From assembly GCA_947627975.1 (NCBI GenBank), contig CANQYB010000004.1:1-53196 (forward strand): 53,196 nucleotides of DNA. Reading direction: 5' to 3'. The notes under the pieces were generated by a model that saw only the letters and a program-made list of their open reading frames with translations, ran no database searches and had not been told where the DNA came from. The stretch's first letter is position 1, and every line of letters starts with the position of its first letter. Origin of the DNA: an uncultured Bacilli bacterium (lineage in GTDB: Bacteria > Bacillota_I > Bacilli_A > RF39 > UBA660). Below are positions 45,746-53,196 of the stretch, piece by piece. Made by a program: the position numbers and the translations under genes.

Positions 45746-48700
45746 CATTACTATCATCTAAAAATTGTTCTTCAAGCATTTCAGATGGTTCATCCTCCAT
45801 AAACTCGTTTTCAAGTACCATATCTATATTATTATATTCTTTAGCACCAGTACCAGCAGGAATAAGTTTTCCAATAATAACATTTTCTTTTAAACCTCTT
45901 AATAAATCCACTTTACCCTTTATTGCAGCATCAGTTAATACTCTTGTAGTTTCTTGGAATGATGCAGCAGATAAGAATGAATCAGTTTCTAATGAGCTTT
46001 TAGTAATACCAAGCATTACTGGCTTTCCTGTTGCTGGAACTTTTCCGCTTAATATAGCTGGTTTATTTCCTTCAGCAAATTCTTTCATTGATACAGTCAA
46101 TCCAGAAACAAATTCAGTATCTCCTTCATTAACAATTTTCATTTTGTTTATCATTCTTCTAGCAATTATTTCAATATGTTTATCAGAAATATCTACACCT
46201 TGTGAACGATAAACATTTTGAATTTCTTTTAAAATATATTCTTGAACAGTAATTGGATCAGTAACAGCTAGTAATTCTTTTGGAGCAATTGCACCTTCAG
46301 TTAATTTATCACCAGCACTTACTTTATCACCTTTTTCAACTCTAATCTTAGCTCCATAATTACTTATGTGTTCACGAGCTTCAACATCATTTTCAATAAT
46401 AATTTTAAACTTGCCATTTTTTTCTTCTATTAAAGATACTGTTCCACTAATTTCTGCAATTGTTGATTTACCTTTTGGAGTACGAGCTTCAAACAATTCT
46501 TCAACTCTTGGAAGACCTTGAGTAATATCATCTCCACCAGCAACACCACCAGAGTGGAATGTACGCATTGTAAGTTGAGTACCTGGTTCACCAATAGATT
46601 GAGCAGCCATTATACCAACAGCTTCTCCAGTTTCTACTAGATTTCCTGTTGCCAAATTTCTACCATAACATTTTTGACATACTCCATTATCTGTTTTACA
46701 AGTTAAAACTGATCTAATTCTAACACTTTTGATTCCTAATTTTAAAATCTTATTTACTGCACTTTCATTTATCATTTCATCTTTTTCAACTATGACATTT
46801 TGATTAGTTGGATCAATAATTGTAGAAGCAGCATATCTTCCTAATATACGATCAGCAAGTGGTTCAATTATAGCTCCAGATTTATCATCAACAAAATCAT
46901 ATACTTCTATTCCATTAATTGAGCCACAATCTTCTTCTTTAACAATTATATCTTGAACTACATCAACTAGTCTTCTTGTTAAATATCCTGAATCTGCTGT
47001 ACGTAATGCAGTATCCGCACTACCTTTTCTAGATCCATGAGATGATAAGAAGAATTCATTGGCAGTAAGTCCTTCCAAGAAATTAGAAATGATTGGAATT
47101 TCTACTGGTTCACCACTTGGTTTAGCCATAAGACCACGCATACCAGCAAGTTGAGTAAAGTTAGAAGCAGATCCACGTGCTCCAGAATTCATCATCATAA
47201 ATATTGGATTATGATCGTCTTCTTCAGCAGTTTTTGCAAGTTCATCTTGAACTTGATCTTTAGCTTTAGTCCATAAATCAATTACTTTATTAAATCTTTC
47301 TTCATCTGTAATTAAACCTCTTCTAAATTGTTTATTTACAGTATCAACAAGTTTTTGTGTTTCATTAACAATTTTTTCTTTATTTTTTGATTCAACAACA
47401 TCACTTATAGAAAAAGTTATACCTGCAATTGTTGAATATTTAAAACCTAAATCTTTTAATTTATCAAGCATAAGTGATGTTTCAGTAGTTTTATATCTTT
47501 TAAATATTTGCGCAATTATTTGACTTAATATTTTTTTACCAAATGGCTTTACTAAAGGCATTTCTTTAACACATTTTCTTATATCAGAACCCATTTCTAT
47601 AAAATATTTAGATGGAGTAATTCCTTCTATATTTTCTTTAGTTGGTTCATTAATAAATGGAAAAGAATCAGGTAATATTTCATTAAATATTAATTTACCA
47701 GCCGTAGTAACTAAATATTTATCATATTGTTCTTCAGTAAATAATTTATGTCTAAATGATTTAACTGGAATAACTATTTTTGTATGAAGAGTAATTTCTT
47801 TTCTTTCATAAGCCATTAATGCTTCATTAGAATTTTTATATACTTTTCCTTCATTTTCTAAGCCTTTTTCTTCAATTGTTAAATAATAATTACCTAATAC
47901 CATATCTTGAGAAGGTGTAACAATTGGTTTTCCATCTTTAGGATTTAAAATGTTATTAGCACCTAACATTAATATTCTAGCTTCAGCTTTAGCCTCTTCG
48001 GATAAAGGAACGTGTACAGCCATTTGATCTCCATCAAAATCAGCATTAAATGCTGCACAAACTAGAGGATGAAGTCTAATAGCTTTTCCTCCAATTAAAA
48101 CAGGTTCAAAAGCTTGAATACCAAGTCTATGTAAAGTTGGAGCACGGTTTAACATTACAGGATGTTCAGTAATAACATCTTCTACAATATCCCATACACA
48201 TTCATCTTTATTTTCAATTAATTTTTTAGCTCCTTTTATATTATGTGCAAGTTCACGTTCTACAAGTCCATGTATTACATGTGGTTTAAATAGCTCTAAA
48301 GCCATATCCTTAGGAATACCACATTGATACATTTTTAATGTTGGGCCAACTACAATTACAGAACGACCTGAATAATCAACACGCTTTCCAAGTAAATTTT
48401 GACGGAAACGTCCTTGTTTACCTTTTAACATTGAAGATAAAGATTTTAATGGTCTATTTCCAGCTGCAGTTACACTTCTTCCTCTTCTTCCATTGTCAAA
48501 TAAAGAATCAACAGCTTCTTGAAGCATACGTTTTTCATTTTGAACAATAATTGTAGGCGCTCCAAGTTCAAGTAATTTTTTTAAACGATTATTTCTATTA
48601 ATAATTCTTCTATATAAATCATTTAAATCAGAAGCTGCAAATCTACCACCATCAAGTTGAATCATGGGACGAAGTTCAGGTGGAATAACTGGTAAAACAT

Positions 48701-49385
48701 CAAGAACCATCCATTCTGGCTTATTATTAGATTCATAAAAAGATACTAAACAATCAAGTCTTTTTACTAGACGAATTCTTTTTTGTCCAGTAAGGCCATC
48801 TAATTCTTTTCTTAATTTTTCAATTTCTTCTTCTAAATTTACATCTTTTAATAATTCTTTTATTGCCTCAGCACCCATACCTACACGGAAAGTATTACCA
48901 TATTTTTCATAATATTGCATATACTCTCTAGAAGATAGAGTTTGCTTTTTTTCAAGTGGAGCTTTTCCAGGATCTATTACTACATATGAAACAAAATATA
49001 GTACTTCCTCTAAATCTCTAGGAGACATATCTAGAACTAATCCCATTTTAGAAGGAACACCTTTGAAAAACCAAATATGTGAGCAAGGAGAGGCAAGTTC
49101 AATGTGTCCCATACGTTCACGACGAACTTTAGATTTAGTAACCTCTACTCCACATCTATCACAAATAACATTCTTATATCTTAATCTTTTGTATTTACCA
49201 CAAGAACATTCATAATCTTTTGTAGGACCAAAAATTTTTTCACAAAACAAACCGTCTCTTTCTGGTTTTAATGTTCTATAATTAATTGTTTCTGGTTTTT
49301 TAACTTCCCCATAAGACCATGATCTAATAATATCAGGAGATGCAATTCCTATTTTTATACCTTTAAATTTATTAACTTCTATCAT
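45735..49385 (-). CDS. rpoC: DNA-directed RNA polymerase subunit beta-prime
   Basis: 1216 aa with the catalytic [12 protein letters not shown] and a zinc motif [20 protein letters not shown]. Confidence 0.99.
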   Translation of the reverse strand: MIEVNKFKGIKIGIASPDIIRSWSYGEVKKPETINYRTLKPERDGLFCEKIFGPTKDYECSCGKYKRLRYKNVICDRCGVEVTKSKVRRERMGHIELASPCSHIWFFKGVPSKMGLVLDMSPRDLEEVLYFVSYVVIDPGKAPLEKKQTLSSREYMQYYEKYGNTFRVGMGAEAIKELLKDVNLEEEIEKLRKELDGLTGQKRIRLVKRLDCLVSFYESNNKPEWMVLDVLPVIPPELRPMIQLDGGRFAASDLNDLYRRIINRNNRLKKLLELGAPTIIVQNEKRMLQEAVDSLFDNGRRGRSVTAAGNRPLKSLSSMLKGKQGRFRQNLLGKRVDYSGRSVIVVGPTLKMYQCGIPKDMALELFKPHVIHGLVERELAHNIKGAKKLIENKDECVWDIVEDVITEHPVMLNRAPTLHRLGIQAFEPVLIGGKAIRLHPLVCAAFNADFDGDQMAVHVPLSEEAKAEARILMLGANNILNPKDGKPIVTPSQDMVLGNYYLTIEEKGLENEGKVYKNSNEALMAYERKEITLHTKIVIPVKSFRHKLFTEEQYDKYLVTTAGKLIFNEILPDSFPFINEPTKENIEGITPSKYFIEMGSDIRKCVKEMPLVKPFGKKILSQIIAQIFKRYKTTETSLMLDKLKDLGFKYSTIAGITFSISDVVESKNKEKIVNETQKLVDTVNKQFRRGLITDEERFNKVIDLWTKAKDQVQDELAKTAEEDDHNPIFMMMNSGARGSASNFTQLAGMRGLMAKPSGEPVEIPIISNFLEGLTANEFFLSSHGSRKGSADTALRTADSGYLTRRLVDVVQDIIVKEEDCGSINGIEVYDFVDDKSGAIIEPLADRILGRYAASTIIDPTNQNVIVEKDEMINESAVNKILKLGIKSVRIRSVLTCKTDNGVCQKCYGRNLATGNLVETGEAVGIMAAQSIGEPGTQLTMRTFHSGGVAGGDDITQGLPRVEELFEARTPKGKSTIAEISGTVSLIEEKNGKFKIIIENDVEAREHISNYGAKIRVEKGDKVSAGDKLTEGAIAPKELLAVTDPITVQEYILKEIQNVYRSQGVDISDKHIEIIARRMINKMKIVNEGDTEFVSGLTVSMKEFAEGNKPAILSGKVPATGKPVMLGITKSSLETDSFLSAASFQETTRVLTDAAIKGKVDLLRGLKENVIIGKLIPAGTGAKEYNNIDMVLENEFMEDEPSEMLEEQFLDDSNETA

Positions 49386-49389
49386 TTTA

Positions 49390-52300
49390 TTATTCCCCCT
49401 CTTCTAACATATCTAAATCTTCATCATCGGGAAATTCTAAATCATCTAAATCTAATTCTTTTTCTTCTTCTTTATCTTCTAAATCTTCTTCAACAGAAGT
49501 ATCATTTAATTCTTCACTTAAAGAGATTTTATCAATTTCTTCAATTGTTATTGAATCATCTTTTTCTTCTGTTTCTTCTAATTCTTTAAGTTCGAGTAAT
49601 TTATCGTCAGTATCTAAAAATTGAATATTCAAACCAAGTGCTTGGAACTCTTTTATAAGTACTCTAAAACTTTCTGGAATTCCTGCTTGATCTACAACGT
49701 TGCCCTTTACTAAAGACTCATAAACTTTAACACGACCAACTACATCATCAGATTTAATAGTTAATATTTCTTGAAGAATATGAGCAGCACCATAAGCATA
49801 TAAAGCCCATACTTCCATTTCTCCAAATCTTTGTCCACCAAATTGTGCTTTTCCACCTAGTGGTTGTTGAGTTACTAATGAATAAGGTCCAGTACTTCTA
49901 GCATGTAATTTATCATCAACCATATGATGCAATTTCATCATATACATTACACCAACAGCAATTCTATTTTCAAAAGGCTCTCCTGTACGACCATCATACA
50001 AAATTTGTTTTCCATCTTCATCCATTCCAGCTTCTAGCATCATTTCTTTAATATCAGATTTAGTAGCACTATCAAATACTGGAGTAGCTATTTTACAGCC
50101 TAACTTTTTAGCAGCCATTCCTAAATGCAATTCCAAAATTTGGCCGATATTCATACGAGATGGAACACCTTGAGGATTTAATAAAACATCTACTGGAGTA
50201 CCATCAGCCATAAATGGCATATCTTCCTCTGGTAAAATTAATGAAATAACTCCTTTATTACCATATCTTCCAGCCATTTTATCTCCAACTTGAATTTTAC
50301 GTTTTTGAATAATATATACACGAATAACTTTTGAACATCCAGCAGGTAACTCATCACTATTTTCCTTTGTATAAATTTTTACATCGTGAACTATACCAGC
50401 TGCACCATGTTCAACACGTAAAGATGTATCTCTAACTTCTCTTGTTTTTTCTCCAAAAATAGCATGTAATAATTTCTCTTCAGAAGTAAGTTCTTGTACT
50501 CCTTTTGGTGTAACTTTACCAACTAAAATATCTCCTTCTTTTACTTCTGTACCAATTCTTACTATACCATTTGCATCTAAATTTCTTCTTGAGTCCTCAG
50601 AAACATTAGGAATATCTCTTGTAATTTCTTCAGGGCCAAGTTTAGTATCACGACAATCAATATCGTAATGTTCAATATGTAATGATGTATAAACATCATC
50701 TTTAACTAATTTTTCATTAAGTACAACAGCATCTTCATAATTATAACCATTAAAAGTCATAAATGCTACTGTCATATTTTTTCCAAGAGCAAGTTCTCCT
50801 TTATCACATGATGGTCCATCAGCAATTACTTCACCTCTTGTTACTTTATCACCTTTTTTAACTAATGGCTTATGATTAAAGCATGAAGCAGCATTACTTC
50901 GTTCAAAATTAGCAAGATAATATGTATCTTTACCCTTAGTATTTTTAACAATTATTTTTTTTGAATCAGCATATTCTACAATCCCATCAGCTTTGCATAT
51001 AACTGTTGAACCAGAATCTCTTGCGGCAATATATTCAATACCAGTTCCAACTATTGGACTTTCTGCTTGAAGTAATGGAACAGCTTGACGTTGCATATTT
51101 GCTCCCATCAATGCACGAGTAGCATCATTATGTTCTAGAAATGGCACTAAAGATGTTGTTATAGAAACTATTTGATTTGGAGCAACATCCATATAATTAA
51201 TTAATTCTCTTTTAGCAATAACGTTTTCAGTATTTAAACGACAAATTATTTCATCATCAATTATTTTATTATCTTTATCTAATTTAGTAGTAGCCTGAGC
51301 TATATAAAAATCAGTTTCTTCATCAGCAGTTAAATATTCAACATCATTAGTTGCAACGCCATTTATAACTTTTCGATATGGAGTCATTATAAAACCATAT
51401 TCATTTACTTTTGCATACGATGCAAGAGATGTAATTAAACCAATATTTTGTCCTTCTGGAGATTCTATTGGACACAATCTACCATAATGCGATCCATTTA
51501 CATCTCTTACTTCCATTCCCGCTCTATCACGAGAAAGACCACCTGGGCCTAAAGAAGATAAACGTCTTTTATCAGTAAGTTCAGCAATAGGATTTATTTG
51601 GTCCATGAATTTTGATAATTGAGAAGAACCAAAAAATTCTTTTAAACATGCTGTTACTGGTCTTATATTAATAAGAGTTTTAGGAGTTACTGAATCTAAC
51701 TCTTGAGTTGACATTTTTTCTCGAATAACTCTTTCCATACGAGTTATACCAATTCTAAATTGGTTTTGAACTAGTTCTCCAACTTGTCTTACTCTACGAT
51801 TGGCAAGATTATCTATTTCATCAATATTACCAATGTTATCAAGTAAATTTAAATAATATGAAATAGAGGCATAAATATCAGATATTGTTAATCTTTTAAC
51901 ATCTATACTTTGATCATTACCAATTATTTTAATTATTTTTTCTGAATCATTTGGATCATAAACTTTAATTTCTTGAATTTTATTATATTGATCAAGTTCT
52001 TCATTAATAATTGTTTCATGTAACCCAAAACCATTTTTAAATAAAGGTTTTATTTCTTCAAGAAGCAATTTAGTAATTACAGTTCCTTTTTCAACAACAA
52101 TTTTTTTACCATCTTTAATATCTTCAGCTATTTTGCATCCAACAAGTCTATCGATTACATTTAATTTTTTATTAAATTTATAACGACCTACTTTAGCTAA
52201 ATCATATCTAAATTTATCAAAAAATCTTGTAATCAAATGATTTTTAGTACTATCTAATGTAGCTGGTTCGCCTGGTCTTAATTTTTCATAAATTTCTATT

Positions 52301-53007
52301 AAAGCTTCATCAGTATTTTTAGTAGAATCTTTTTCAATAGAATTTTTTAAATATTGATTTTCTCCAAAAACTTCCATTATTTCTTCATCAGATGATAATC
52401 CAAGAGCACGAAGTAAAGTAGTAACTGGAACTTTTCTAGTTCTATCAATTCTTACATATATAACATCTCTGGCATCTAGTTCATATTCAAGCCAAGTTCC
52501 CTTATTTGGAATAACTTCACCAGAAATTACTGGACGACCATTTTTATCTATTTCTCTTTTAAAATAAATTGATGGACTTCTGACTAATTGAGATTGAATT
52601 ACTCTTTCTACCCCATTAATAATAAATGTCCCAGCTTCAGTCATTAAAGGCATATCACCTAAAAAAACTTCTTGTTCTTTTACTTCACCAGTTTCATGCA
52701 AAAAAAGACGAGCTTGAACTTTTAATGGAGCAGCATAGCTTACCATTCTTTCTTTGGCCTCTTTTATTGAATATCTTGGTTCATCAAAATAATAATCACC
52801 AAAATCTAAAGTGATTTTACCTGTAAAATTTTCTATAGGAAGAATTTCTTCAAATACTTCTTTAATTCCTTCAGTTAAAAATTTTTCAAACGATTTTTTT
52901 TGTACTTCAAGAAGATCAGTAAGTGCAAGTACACTTTCAGTTTTAGAGAAACTTCTTCTTTCTCCGTGGTCACCAAATTTTTCTATTTTATATGCCACTA
53001 ATTTCAC
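49390..53007 (-). CDS. rpoB: DNA-directed RNA polymerase subunit beta
   Basis: About 1200 aa with conserved RpoB blocks throughout. The start is ambiguous: GTG at 53007 (ORF track), or GTG at 52998, which sits 5 nt after GGGGTGA. Confidence 0.99.
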   Translation of the reverse strand: MKLVAYKIEKFGDHGERRSFSKTESVLALTDLLEVQKKSFEKFLTEGIKEVFEEILPIENFTGKITLDFGDYYFDEPRYSIKEAKERMVSYAAPLKVQARLFLHETGEVKEQEVFLGDMPLMTEAGTFIINGVERVIQSQLVRSPSIYFKREIDKNGRPVISGEVIPNKGTWLEYELDARDVIYVRIDRTRKVPVTTLLRALGLSSDEEIMEVFGENQYLKNSIEKDSTKNTDEALIEIYEKLRPGEPATLDSTKNHLITRFFDKFRYDLAKVGRYKFNKKLNVIDRLVGCKIAEDIKDGKKIVVEKGTVITKLLLEEIKPLFKNGFGLHETIINEELDQYNKIQEIKVYDPNDSEKIIKIIGNDQSIDVKRLTISDIYASISYYLNLLDNIGNIDEIDNLANRRVRQVGELVQNQFRIGITRMERVIREKMSTQELDSVTPKTLINIRPVTACLKEFFGSSQLSKFMDQINPIAELTDKRRLSSLGPGGLSRDRAGMEVRDVNGSHYGRLCPIESPEGQNIGLITSLASYAKVNEYGFIMTPYRKVINGVATNDVEYLTADEETDFYIAQATTKLDKDNKIIDDEIICRLNTENVIAKRELINYMDVAPNQIVSITTSLVPFLEHNDATRALMGANMQRQAVPLLQAESPIVGTGIEYIAARDSGSTVICKADGIVEYADSKKIIVKNTKGKDTYYLANFERSNAASCFNHKPLVKKGDKVTRGEVIADGPSCDKGELALGKNMTVAFMTFNGYNYEDAVVLNEKLVKDDVYTSLHIEHYDIDCRDTKLGPEEITRDIPNVSEDSRRNLDANGIVRIGTEVKEGDILVGKVTPKGVQELTSEEKLLHAIFGEKTREVRDTSLRVEHGAAGIVHDVKIYTKENSDELPAGCSKVIRVYIIQKRKIQVGDKMAGRYGNKGVISLILPEEDMPFMADGTPVDVLLNPQGVPSRMNIGQILELHLGMAAKKLGCKIATPVFDSATKSDIKEMMLEAGMDEDGKQILYDGRTGEPFENRIAVGVMYMMKLHHMVDDKLHARSTGPYSLVTQQPLGGKAQFGGQRFGEMEVWALYAYGAAHILQEILTIKSDDVVGRVKVYESLVKGNVVDQAGIPESFRVLIKEFQALGLNIQFLDTDDKLLELKELEETEEKDDSITIEEIDKISLSEELNDTSVEEDLEDKEEEKELDLDDLEFPDDEDLDMLEEGE

Positions 53008-53067
53008 CCCAATATCTAGATATTTTTTAGTATTACGTATTCATAAAGAATACGTCACCAAGATATA

Positions 53068-53096
53068 AGTTTATACTAATATAACAAAAAAGTCAA
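53068..53096 (-). promoter_or_regulatory. Candidate rpoBC promoter
   Basis: TTGACT (53091-96) - 17 nt - TAAACT (53068-73). This predicts a leader of about 55 nt containing the 53035-53055 hairpin. Confidence 0.4.
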
Positions 53097-53141
53097 TGCA
53101 TTTTATATAAAAAAATTGAAAAAGTTAATTTTCATATGAAA

Positions 53142-53166
53142 TTCCGTTTTTAATAAAAAAGCGGAA
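53142..53166 (-). terminator. Terminator of the gene upstream of rpoB (off-window)
   Basis: Minus strand TTCCGCTTTTT-TATT-AAAAACGGAA followed by UUU. Confidence 0.4.
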
Positions 53167-53196
53167 ATAAGTCTGATTAGAGTATAATAAGTTAAA

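Noticed and set aside
49390-49640. The long acidic C-terminal tail of RpoB (about 80 aa, D/E-rich), considered as a novel fusion.
   Set aside because: Firmicute RpoB proteins, including that of B. subtilis, already end in an acidic tail of variable length. This looks like normal lineage variation.
1-53196. Possibility of Mollicutes-type genetic code 4 (TGA = Trp), given the extreme AT content.
   Set aside because: All conserved genes are full-length with code 11, and TGA is used as a genuine stop (for example gpmI at 40304-40306). Peptidoglycan genes (PBP2B, DacB, SLT) are also present.
1-53196. Prophage, ICE or IS element, defence island, oriC (DnaA-box cluster) or parS site.
   Set aside because: Reading by eye found no integrase, transposase, recombinase, terminase or capsid genes, restriction-modification or known defence signatures, TTATCCACA clusters or TGTTNCACGTGAAACA-like sites. 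The only mobile-element hint is the isolated T4CP-like fragment, which is reported separately. An eye scan can miss degenerate sites.

Overview
This is a very AT-rich bacterial chromosome segment (about a quarter G+C by eye, not computed). It uses the standard genetic code: TGA acts as a stop (for example in gpmI), and all conserved genes are intact under code 11. About 50 tightly packed genes are present, and all but one lie on the minus strand. The content is mostly core housekeeping arranged in Bacilli-type synteny blocks: Phe T-box-pheS-pheT; priA-X-fmt; dacB-spmA-spmB-rluB; rodZ-like-pgsA-recA; gpsB-rnpB (type B RNase P RNA); sufC-sufBD-sufS-sufU; mraZ-rsmH-ftsL-pbp2B; yceD-rpmF; typA; Thr T-box-ORF-thrS; dnaB-dnaI; gpmI; cca-dnaD-nth; rpoB-rpoC. 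The host is probably a walled, very low-GC Firmicute (Erysipelotrichales/RF39-like Bacilli), which is inference only. I saw no rRNA or tRNA genes, CRISPR arrays, IS elements, integrases or obvious prophage, and no clear-cut defence island. The loci most worth a second look are: (1) a Thr T-box that controls an unknown 156-aa ORF inserted ahead of a TGS-less thrS; (2) a membrane/Big_2/C39-like peptidase sitting in the usual def slot of the priA-fmt operon; (3) a DUF1292 gene paired with a bitopic SLT lytic transglycosylase where Bacillus has mltG; (4) a suf operon with a half-size SufB/D protein and no second scaffold gene; (5) a MerR gene translationally overlapped with what looks like an internal fragment of a type IV coupling protein; (6) a self-contained two-gene unit encoding a 73-aa repeat protein and a HExxH protein. 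All coordinates, motifs and family calls come from hand reading and memory of family signatures, with no searches run. ORF-track starts were trimmed where a GGTGA/GGAGG-type SD plus a conserved N-terminus point to an internal start.
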